This document shows positions 10,845 through 19,964 of a stretch of DNA of 64,000 nucleotides, one piece after another. The position numbers and the translations under genes were made by a program. A model generated the notes under the pieces. That model was not told the DNA's origin. It worked only from the letters and a program-made list of their open reading frames with translations, and made no database searches. The DNA comes from Terriglobia bacterium (GTDB taxonomy: Bacteria > Acidobacteriota > Terriglobia > JAJPHL01 > JAPKYU01): assembly GCA_965206645.1 (NCBI GenBank), contig CBDBKE010000004.1, positions 64,001 to 128,000 on the forward strand, given 5' to 3'. Every line of letters starts with the position of its first letter. Position 1 is the stretch's first letter.

Positions 10845-12095
10845 TGACCTGACCGGCACTTTTTGTACCAAGTGGAAAGAGAGAGAATCCACTTGAGGAG
10901 GAAGTGAGGTCATGCCGACAAGGAGTTACAAGCCGGAGCAGATTGTAGCGGTGCTACGGCAGATAGAAGTGCAGATGGGGAACGGGAAGACTGCGCCCCA
11001 AGCCTGCAAAGAAGCTGGAATCCACACCCAAACCTACTACCGGTGGCGGAAGGAATACGGCGGGCTGAAGGTGGTGCAGGCAAAACGGCTAAAGGAGTTG
11101 GAGAAGGAAAACACGCGGCTGAAGCGGTTGGTAGCGGAGCTTTCTCTGGAGAAGCAGGTACTGCGGGATGTGGCACAGGGAAACTTCTGAGCCCTGAGCG
11201 GCGGCGTTGTGCGGTGGAGCGTGCGTGGGAGCAACACGGGTTGTCGGAACGGCCTGCCTGCCGGCTGCTGGGGCAATGGCGAGGGACACAACGATACGAG
11301 CCGATTCATCGGGTGGACGAGGATGCTCTGACCCGAGCGATCATTGCCCTGGGAGCGAAGTACGGGCGATATGGCTACCGGAGGATCACAGCGTTGCTGC
11401 GGAGTGCGGGCTGGGAAGTGGGCAAGGACCGGGTGCAGCGGATTTGGCGGCGGGAAGGGCTGAGAGTGCCGCAAAAACAAAGGCCGCGAGGACGGCTGTG
11501 GCTGAACGACGGTTCCTGTGTACGACTGAGGCCGGAGCGACCGAACCACGTGTGGAGCTACGACTTCATGAGTGCCAGAACGCACGAGGGGAGAACGCTG
11601 CGGCTGCTGACCTTGCTGGATGAGTACACGCGGGAATGCCTGGCGATCCGGGTGGAGCGGAGAATGGGCAGCCAACAAATCATTGAGGCGTTGTCGGACG
11701 TGATGTTGTGGCGAGGGATACCGGAACAGATTCGATCCGACAATGGTCCCGAGTTCATCGCCAAACAACTGCGCCAGTGGTTGGCAAATCTAGGGACCGG
11801 GACACTGTACATCGAACCGGGCAGTCCCTGGGAGAACGGGTACTGCGAGAGTTTCAATGGGAAGCTGCGGGACGAATGCCTGAATGGAGAGATCTTCTAC
11901 TCGTTGAAGGAGGCACAGGTGGTGATTGAACAGTGGAGGGTGCAATACAACACGGTGCGGCCGCACTCGGCGCTCGGCTATAGGCCCCCGGCGCCGGGGG
12001 CCTATAGCCCTCCCCTGCCACTGAAACCAGGTTTCACAGCCCCAGGCTGCGATGTGAACTCTCACTACGGTTGGTACAAAAAATCGGTCTGGTCA
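10845..12095 (+). mobile_element. IS3-family element, copy B (1251 bp; 1-bp insertion near the orfB 3' end)
   Basis: Near-identical to copy A in opposite orientation; orfA 10912-11190. Confidence 0.95.
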
Positions 12096-12303
12096 ATAAC
12101 AGTGCCTAGTTAAGCGGAGCCGCAGCAAATGGCCAATAGCCCCGCAGTTACATGCGGGCCGCTGTTCCCGGCGCCGGTCTTTGCTTGGTACCTTCGGACT
12201 AGCGGGCGCGCGCCCAGCAGGTGGAAACTAGGGCTGGCTGGTGGAGGGTCTCCACCATGCGAGCAGGGCTACGCCACCGGGAGTGTAGGTTAGGGCTGGC
12301 GCG

Positions 12304-13585
12304 GGTGGTCTCAACCCATCGACGCAACACTTTGCCTTGAAAGGAGGAGGTGGAGTGTATGCGGATGAAGCAAAGAGCTCGTCGCGGTGCCTTGAAAGGA
12401 GGAGGTGGAGTGTATGCGGATAGCTCGTCGCGGTTACACTGGCGTCGCTGGCGGAACTGGAGGAGGTGTGGGATCGGTGGAAACGAGGGGAGTCGCTCAA
12501 GTCGATTGGACGAGTGTTTTGTAAGCAGCCATCGTCTGTTTACCATCAGCTTGCTCCGTACGGAGGCATCCGTCCTCGGCCACCACGCCGTTCATGTTGG
12601 GCACTGACGTTGTCGGAGCGCGAAGAGATCTCTCGAGGCATTGCGGCACATCAATCGATACGATCCATCGCCGGGTTGCTGGGTCGCTCACCATCGACGG
12701 TGAGCCGGGAGATTCGGCGGAATGGCGGCGATAATGACTATCGAGCAGCGGAGGCCGATGAGCAAGCCGGGGAGAGGGCCCGCCGGCCGAAGCGGTGTCA
12801 GCTGGTCAAGCATCCACAACTACGACGGGTAGTGGCCAGAAAGCTCAGCATAAACTGGTCGCCTGAGCAGATCGCCAGCTGGCTGAAACGAGCCTATCCG
12901 AAGGATCCGTCCTATCACGTGTCTCACGAGACCATCTACCGCAGCCTGTTTGTTCAAGCCCGCGGTGCGCTGAAGGCAGAGCTGATGCAGCATCTGCGGT
13001 CAAAGCGGACGATTCGTCGATCCCGACATGCAAGTCTGAGAGGCCATGGACGAGGACAGATCACCGACATCGTATCGATCCGTGAGCGCCCGGCCTCGGT
13101 CGAAGATCGTGCCGTGCCCGGTCATTGGGAAGGCGATCTGCTGTCCGGATCGAAGAACAGCCACATTGCGACTCTGGTCGAACGTCATACGCGCTACGTG
13201 ATGCTTACGAAAGTATCCAGCAAGAAAACGGAGACGGTCGTGTCGGCGCTCATCAAGCACGCGAAGAAGCTGCCGACGGAACTGTACAAATCTCTGACTT
13301 GGGATCGAGGCCTGGAGCTCGCCGAGCATCGACGGTTCACGTTGGCGACCGACATTGACGTATACTTCTGTGATCCTCAGAGTCCATGGCAGCGCGGTTC
13401 GAATGAGAACACCAACGGTCTACTCCGACAGTACTTCCCCAAGGGAACGGACTTGTCGGTGCACTCTCAGGCGCATCTGAACAAGGTGGCACGTCAGCTG
13501 AACGAACGGCCCCGTCAGACGCTGGAGTTTGAAACTCCGGCAGAACGATTTAACGCTTGTGTTGCATCGACCGGTTGAGCTGGCA
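12304..13585 (+). mobile_element. IS30-family element, copy 2, with internal 5' duplication
   Basis: Same IRs and transposase as 710-1938; partial tandem duplication of the RBS/start region at about 12333-12445. Confidence 0.9.
12466..13578 (+). CDS. IS30 transposase (N-terminus disrupted; possible internal GTG start)
   Basis: Identical to copy 1 from WDRWKRG onward. Confidence 0.8.
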   Translation: MWDRWKRGESLKSIGRVFCKQPSSVYHQLAPYGGIRPRPPRRSCWALTLSEREEISRGIAAHQSIRSIAGLLGRSPSTVSREIRRNGGDNDYRAAEADEQAGERARRPKRCQLVKHPQLRRVVARKLSINWSPEQIASWLKRAYPKDPSYHVSHETIYRSLFVQARGALKAELMQHLRSKRTIRRSRHASLRGHGRGQITDIVSIRERPASVEDRAVPGHWEGDLLSGSKNSHIATLVERHTRYVMLTKVSSKKTETVVSALIKHAKKLPTELYKSLTWDRGLELAEHRRFTLATDIDVYFCDPQSPWQRGSNENTNGLLRQYFPKGTDLSVHSQAHLNKVARQLNERPRQTLEFETPAERFNACVASTG

Positions 13586-13889
13586 GTTCAAAGCGAACAA
13601 ATAAGAGGTGCGCCGCCGGACATGTCGTGACAACTGGTGCGGCGGAAACTTTTCTCCAGTGTACTCTATGACCTTCCGTCGAGGTGGAATGGACTCCGTT
13701 GTGAAAACTCCCAGCCCATGGATCGGCGATCGTCGACTTACGAGGCGATAACGTGAGAAGCGGCCATTGATTCTGGCGGTCCGAGTACGGCCATGACTTT
13801 CTCGCTTGTAAAGAGTGTTATTAGCCGACATTTTAATTAGGGCAATGGACGTCGTAGGTACCTCGCCCCCCAGGGGAATCCAGGCACTT
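13586..13889 (-). pseudogene. 5' half of the SET-domain gene (copy 2), truncated by IS30
   Basis: 304-bp direct repeat of 1939-2242 with about 5 differences. Confidence 0.75.
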
Positions 13890-13972
13890 CTTAAATCGCT
13901 TGTGAGATGGCGCGAGGGAGGATACAATCACCCACGATAGCCAAACACATTTGATGCGAAGGAGGATTCGGC

Positions 13973-15529
13973 ATGGCCACTGCCACAACTGAAATTCGGC
14001 CCCTCACTGCTGCCGCATTCACTACGCCCGACAAGTTTACCCAGTTCTGCAACAACGGCGGTAAGCCGCTGGGTGGAATCATTGGCGGCGAAAGGGTTTC
14101 CGGATCGATGAATGCGACGTTCCAGACAACCGACCCCGGGTCGCAGGAACTGCTCGCCACAGTATGCGAGATGGGCGAAGCGGAAGTCGCGCTGGCCGTC
14201 GACGCTGCCAGCCGAGCATTCCATGGCGACCTTAGGAAAGGCTGGAGAGACGTCGACATCGAGGAACGCATTGGGTTGGTGAACAAACTGGTTGAGTTGT
14301 GCGACCGAGACCGAGACGTTTTGCTTGCCTGCGAAATTCGGGACGGTGGCAAGGTGTCAGCATTGGCTGAAGGCGACTTCACACAGATTCGTGCGTCTGC
14401 CGAGTACTTTTGCGGAGTTGCTCGGAAGATCGCGATGGGTGACGGGCCGGCGGTGCAGGTCGCCGACGGCATCAAAGGCTTTGCCCATCGCGAACCTTGG
14501 GGAGTTGTCGCTGGAATCATCCCCTGGAACTATCCGATCGTGCTGACATCGTGGTTCATGTTCCCGGCTTTGCTGGCCGGGAATACGGTTCTATTCAAGC
14601 CAGCGGAAAACACCCCGCTTTCGGCTCTCTACATCGCCAAGCTGGCCGAAGAAGCGGGCTTCCCGCCAGGCGTCATCAATGTGTTGCCAGGTCGCGGCGA
14701 AATCACCGGCCAGTGCATCGCCGAACACCCGGGCATCCGATATATCTCGTTCACCGGTTCGCCGGGCGTTGGACAGGCTATTCTTCGTACCTGCGACCGA
14801 CATGGCACGCGGATGAAGCGTGAAATGGGCGGCAACGGCGCTGCGATCGTGCTGGACGATGTGGATCCCGAAGTCGTCGGCCGTTTGATTGGTCGATATA
14901 CCAACCAGCACTACGGCCAGACTTGCTGCACGATTCACCGAGTGTATGTCCACAGTAAGATTGCCGATGGTTTCGTCGACGCGCAACGTACCTTCTTCGA
15001 AAACTTGAAGATCGGCTACCAAGCCGAGGAAGGAACACAATTGGGCGCGGTGGTCAACCCGACGCAACGCCGGCGCATCCTGCAGGCACAACAAGAAACC
15101 GTCGCTCGTGGTGGCCAGGCGATCCTTCCAGGTGGCGTGGCGGAAGTGACCGGTCGAGACGGTTTCTATTTGAAACCCGCATTGTATCGCACGACGCCAG
15201 GAGTCAACTGCAATCCCGTGGAGGTATTCCACACCTTCGCAACCGTATGCCCGGTGAACTCCCCCGAGGAGGCGTTGGAACTGGCCAACAGTTCGCCCTA
15301 CGGACTCGGAGCGAGCGTTTGGACCAAAGACATTGACCGCGGTGTTGCCTTGGCCAAGCAGTTCCGCGACGGCACATGTCAAGTCAACTGCCACAACTCG
15401 ATCGCTTACGGTCTACCTTACGGTGGCCAGGGAATTTCGGGCGGTCCCGGCGGCGGTGTCAACTGCGAAGATACTTTGCTTGACTACACCCAAGTCAAAG
15501 CGGTCTACGTGGCCGAGTATCCAGGTTAG
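13973..15529 (+). CDS. Aldehyde dehydrogenase family protein
   Basis: EPWGVVAGIIPWNYP, KPAENTPLSA, FTGS, EMGGN, GQTCC. Confidence 0.93.
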   Translation: MATATTEIRPLTAAAFTTPDKFTQFCNNGGKPLGGIIGGERVSGSMNATFQTTDPGSQELLATVCEMGEAEVALAVDAASRAFHGDLRKGWRDVDIEERIGLVNKLVELCDRDRDVLLACEIRDGGKVSALAEGDFTQIRASAEYFCGVARKIAMGDGPAVQVADGIKGFAHREPWGVVAGIIPWNYPIVLTSWFMFPALLAGNTVLFKPAENTPLSALYIAKLAEEAGFPPGVINVLPGRGEITGQCIAEHPGIRYISFTGSPGVGQAILRTCDRHGTRMKREMGGNGAAIVLDDVDPEVVGRLIGRYTNQHYGQTCCTIHRVYVHSKIADGFVDAQRTFFENLKIGYQAEEGTQLGAVVNPTQRRRILQAQQETVARGGQAILPGGVAEVTGRDGFYLKPALYRTTPGVNCNPVEVFHTFATVCPVNSPEEALELANSSPYGLGASVWTKDIDRGVALAKQFRDGTCQVNCHNSIAYGLPYGGQGISGGPGGGVNCEDTLLDYTQVKAVYVAEYPG

Positions 15530-15810
15530 TCATCCAGCCAAGACTTCGGCATGCCGGTCGCCAGCCTCAATAGCTGGTAAGTTGCTATCCGGAAAAGTGA
15601 TCTCCCGTCATACAGGGCAAGACAGGCTACCGCAGTTTTTATACCGACGAGACAAACATCATCCGGTTCACGAGCGAAGACCGCCCCGCTACCGCCGACG
15701 ACCCACCACTGTGATGGTGTGACGAGATGGGTCTGCGATCGGACCCGCCGTAAGTTGGTTTGATCTCTATGTCGTTTGTGATATTGAAGGACCGACAAAG
15801 GAGCGCATGA

Positions 15811-16050
15811 ATGCCCAGACTAGCTAGGATACTGCGTCAGCTGAAAGCCCAGAGACAGGTAGCTCAAGCTGAAGCAGACAAGCTCGACCGAGCCATCGAG
15901 GCTCTGACCGAAGGACAGAGAGGTTCCGGACGACCACCTGGTAGAAAGCGTCGGGGCTTCTCTGCTGCTGCTCGCAAGAAGATGTCTGCCGCTCAAAGAG
16001 CCCGCTGGTCCAAGATCAAAGCCCGTAAGAAAGCAGCGAAGACCGTCTGA
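15811..16050 (+). CDS. Small basic coiled-coil protein, possible nucleic-acid binder
   Basis: AAGGAG RBS; coiled-coil N-terminus and K/R-rich tail RKRRGFSAAARKKMSAAQRARWSKIK. Confidence 0.7.
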   Translation: MPRLARILRQLKAQRQVAQAEADKLDRAIEALTEGQRGSGRPPGRKRRGFSAAARKKMSAAQRARWSKIKARKKAAKTV

Positions 16051-16370
16051 GTGAGGGAGAACGCCACGTCCCTCAAAGCGCCATCACTCTGCCAACACCA
16101 GCCCTCTAATAGCGGATCGTCTGCGAATCGCCGGAGGGATTGCTGGCGGGTTCACGAAAGGAAGGCGGGAGTCCCATTTCGACGCGCACGAATCAGCAGC
16201 GAATCCGCGTCCAACTTGCACTAGCTGCCGCCCCACCTCGGGGGCCGTAGGCGGGACGGAGGGTTCCTCCTATGTGGGGTCTTGACTGGATCGCATCGTC
16301 TAATGCCGTCTGGTGATAGCACACCGCTACGGCAGCTACCAGTGCCACCATAACGGCACCACGTCGCGTC

Positions 16371-17822
16371 TTATTCTTCCGCGATGCTGTAGAGATGTCG
16401 CCCGCCGCGCAGCAGCAGCTCGCGGCCGACGGCGGCCGGGGAGGCGGTGAAGCTGTCGTCGAGCTGGTTTAGAGCGAGCGCTTTGGGGTTGTCCTCATGG
16501 GTAAGAACTATGGTGGCGCCGTTGCGGTCCGTGACGTACACTCGGCCGGCTGCTGCGACGGGCGAGGCGAACACCGTGCGCAGGCCAGTGAGTCGGATTG
16601 GGCCGGGCTGATCTTCTCCCGTCCGGGCATCGACACGCGTGAGGACACTCTGAAAATGGGCGATGAAGTACAACGTCTCTCCGTAAAGCAACGGCGAGGG
16701 CACATACGGTGCCCCTCGCGTGCGGACCCACGCCACCTGCCCGGTCTCGGTGATGTCACCCTTGGCACCGTCGAGGCGAATGGCAAGCATGCCCGGCCTG
16801 TCGTAGGTGCTGCCGGCATAGACCATGCCGCCTCCCGCGGCGGGCGAGGCAACCACGTTCTCCACCGAGAGCCCCTTGCCCTCCCAGATCATCGCACCAG
16901 TGGCTAGGTCGTATCCGCGCACGCGCTGCGAACCGCTGATGATGACCTGCGGCCGGCCGCCGTGCTCGACCACGATGGGCGTGGTCCACGAACTGCTCGC
17001 CTCGCGCTCGGTCCGCCAACGCTCCTGCCCCGTCCGCTTGTCGAACGCGACGACAAATGACGGGCCTTCGTGATCCCAGTTGAGGATTAGTGTTTCGCCG
17101 TACAGCGCCGGGGAACTGCCCTCGCCATGGCCGTGCAGTGTGTGCATTCGGCCAAGGTCGGCTTGCCACTTCAACTTACCGTCGAAGTCCAGGCAGTACA
17201 GGCCGTAGGAACTGAAGGAAGCAAACAGAAGTTTGCCGTCGGTCACAGGGGAAGCGGACGCCAGGCTCGAGGTGAAATGCCCGCCCTCGTGCGGCAGGGC
17301 CTTGCGCACAGTCCGTTCCCAGAGGACGCTTCCATCGCGGCGGTCAAGCGCCATGACGATGAACTTGACGCGACGCGTGATGGGATTTTCGTCGTGGCCG
17401 CCGGGACGGCCGCTGTATCTAGGCGACAGGGCGTCACCGGAAGGAACGGCGGCAGTGACGAAGACACGGTCGCCCCACACGATCGGTGTCGAATGGCCTT
17501 TGCCCGGCAGCTCGACCTTCCACCGGATGTTCTTCGTCTCGCTCCATTCGATTGGCGGATCGGCGTGCGGCGCGACGCCCGTGGCCAGCGGCCCACGCCA
17601 CTGCTGCCAGTTGTGCATCGCATCGGTCAAAACCTCGGGCGGCGAAGGGGTCAGGGGCGCCTCGACCGGTACGACACCGATTCGGTTTTGCGGCTCGGGC
17701 GGCGACAATTCACGCGGGCGATTCACCCATTCCGCCACGAGGTTGATCCCCGCCATGACCACAACGATCAGCAGGATCACCATAGCCGGCGAGGATGTAC
17801 GTTGTCTTTGTCTTTCTATCAT
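16371..17822 (-). CDS. PQQ-like (BamB-type) beta-propeller protein
   Basis: WQQWRGP, NIRWKVELPGKGHSTPIVWGDRVF, repeated SSP/ASP and G..W motifs. Confidence 0.88.
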   Translation of the reverse strand: MIERQRQRTSSPAMVILLIVVVMAGINLVAEWVNRPRELSPPEPQNRIGVVPVEAPLTPSPPEVLTDAMHNWQQWRGPLATGVAPHADPPIEWSETKNIRWKVELPGKGHSTPIVWGDRVFVTAAVPSGDALSPRYSGRPGGHDENPITRRVKFIVMALDRRDGSVLWERTVRKALPHEGGHFTSSLASASPVTDGKLLFASFSSYGLYCLDFDGKLKWQADLGRMHTLHGHGEGSSPALYGETLILNWDHEGPSFVVAFDKRTGQERWRTEREASSSWTTPIVVEHGGRPQVIISGSQRVRGYDLATGAMIWEGKGLSVENVVASPAAGGGMVYAGSTYDRPGMLAIRLDGAKGDITETGQVAWVRTRGAPYVPSPLLYGETLYFIAHFQSVLTRVDARTGEDQPGPIRLTGLRTVFASPVAAAGRVYVTDRNGATIVLTHEDNPKALALNQLDDSFTASPAAVGRELLLRGGRHLYSIAEE

Positions 17823-18126
17823 GCGTTACCTGCCCTTCTCCGCCAGCAGACTGTCGATGACCGCATCGGTGGGGTCGAGTTAAATATGAAAATTTGAAAC
17901 ACACCAGCGGTGGTTTTGCGAAGCGTACTCATGCCCCGGCGAAGGTGTTGACATGCGGAAATTGCAGTTGAGACCCCACTGGGACAACAAACAACAGGGT
18001 TAGGCTCACTCTGGGTAAGTAAGCAATACGAGGAGAGCGTCTCTTCGACTCTTCCATTTCTCTTCGGCCTCCTCTGCAGGGCTTTTCAATGCGGTTCCGC
18101 GGTGGGGGCGGCAACTCCACACGAAT

Positions 18127-18561
18127 TCACTTTTTGGCTAGGTTTTCATAGCGATCTTCAACAGCACTCTCCCTGGTCGTCGGAAGACCACGGGGAGCCC
18201 AGCCCGGGAAAGTTAACTGCCCCATCTCATCGGTTTCTCCACCGAATCCGCCGCGCATATCTAGGATGTTGGCGAACCCGGCCTGTAGCAAGACCTCGGC
18301 CGCTTTCATGGAGCGGCCTCCTTTCTGGCAACCAGTAATACATTTCACGTCCTTGCCAACATTGGCCTCCACGATCTCCACAAATCGGGGATTGAACTGC
18401 ATGCGCCCGAACGGGTCCGGTTCCACGACGGGAACGTTTTTGGCCCCCGGCACGTGTCCCGCCTCAAACTCCGGGACGGTTCGCACATCCAGGTAGATGT
18501 ATCCAGTATTGGAATCGAGCAGCTCCTTGGCTTGTTCCGGTGTAATGCGTTTGATTTCCAT
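18127..18561 (-). CDS. Rhodanese-like domain protein
   Basis: LDVRTVPEFEAGHVPGA, CQKGGRS active loop. Confidence 0.92.
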   Translation of the reverse strand: MEIKRITPEQAKELLDSNTGYIYLDVRTVPEFEAGHVPGAKNVPVVEPDPFGRMQFNPRFVEIVEANVGKDVKCITGCQKGGRSMKAAEVLLQAGFANILDMRGGFGGETDEMGQLTFPGWAPRGLPTTRESAVEDRYENLAKK

Positions 18562-18975
18562 GCTTGCTCCCTTGCCTATTTGTTCAATTAAACACTGGGT
18601 GACGGTAGGTCTTCACAGCCTCACCCAGAATTCGATGGGATGAACCTTCGCTTTCTCATTCGGTTTCTACTTCTACATCGTTTCCGTTACCCGAACGGAA
18701 AAACTCTTACACTCGGCTCAAGATTCTACGCCAGCCACCCTGTCGGCTCAAGCTCAGATGACCATGGCCTCCTTGTAAATACGGCCAATAAACTAGGCCA
18801 CAGCACCTCCGCGAACTCTTCGCGTCTTGGGTGCTGGCAAAGACCACCTCTCGCCGGAAATGCCGGATAGACCCAGCCTATTCCCCCTGTTCTTTCCGGT
18901 CCGGCTGCTCCCGAATGGTCGCCGACTCGGAAAGTCCCTCAGCGCCTTGCGGCTCCTCCTCTGACTGTCAGCGGT

Positions 18976-19009
18976 CACTTGGACGTATAGTCGGCTATCC
19001 GGACAAGTG
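18976..19009 (-). other. 34-bp imperfect palindrome A3 (core GCCGAC)
   Basis: Identical to 4591-4624. Confidence 0.6.
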
Positions 19010-19148
19010 CCTACCTTGAGCAGCGTCACTCAATAGCTGAGAGCAGATAGGCCCCGACTAGTCGGTTAGGATTTACTTATCCTTTCAGGAAGGAACTTCC
19101 AAACCCCCCATGTGTCAGGACCTCCCCGAACCCGAAGGTGCCTAAGGC

Positions 19149-19964
19149 TCAGATACTATGGCACTTGCGACTCAGCTTAACCGCTCGCCGCACCCACCAC
19201 CCCTTGAGGCGTGTAAATAGTTTCCAGTCCTTGATTGTCAGCGATTCAATGTCCGTCGGGAGGTGAGTGAGCAACTCGAAACCATCCTTGGTGACAAGAA
19301 CCGTATCGGAATGACGGAGGCCGCCGATTCCCTTCAGGTAGATTCCCGGCTCAATGCTGATCACCATATTTTCAGCGAGAATATCAGGGCGGCCCTCCGC
19401 GACCCAGGGAGCCTCGTGATTTCCCAGGCCAAACCCGTGGCCGGTTCGGTGCAGTCGCACTTCTTCGCCGCTGTAGCCTTCCTGTTGAAGGAAATCGTTG
19501 ACGGCACGGTCCAGTTCACTGCACGCAACGCCGGGACGCACCTTGTCGAAGGCAATACGGCGGGCTTGTCTCATTGCCTCGAACGCCTTCCTGATTTCCG
19601 GCGATGGCGGATCGGTGAAGTAGGTCCGCTCGCACTCTTCCGCATAGCCGTTGACGCGGGTGAGCACTAAGGCTACATGCGGTCCTCGGTTAAGCCGGTC
19701 GCACAAGTCGGGGACCGAATGCGGTTCCGCGCTGCGAGGGGCTGCCCACGTGGCCATCAACACTTTCGTTGTCAGCGGATCCCAATCATCGACCTCGCGG
19801 ATGGTCCGCAGGGTAACGACGCGGGTTTGGGCAAAGCCCTCGGCAACGGTGGAGCCGTAGTAGGAAGCAGCGAGGAGACACTGAACCCCCAGGTCAGCGT
19901 AGCCGGCCGAGCGTCGGATCATCGCGATCTCGGTCTCGGATTTGATCAGGCGCAACCGTTCGAC
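19149..19964 (-). pseudogene. M24 Xaa-Pro peptidase, N-terminal domain removed by IS3 copy C
   Basis: RLIKS..EI, HRTGHGFGL..HEAP, SIEPGIY, RHSDTVLVT; sequence starts at the IS end. Confidence 0.85.

Noticed and set aside
2238-19009. The 34-bp repeats as a CRISPR array or integron attC sites
   Set aside because: Copies are kilobases apart and in both orientations with no regular spacers; no cas or intI gene; no RYYYAAC/GTTRRRY ends
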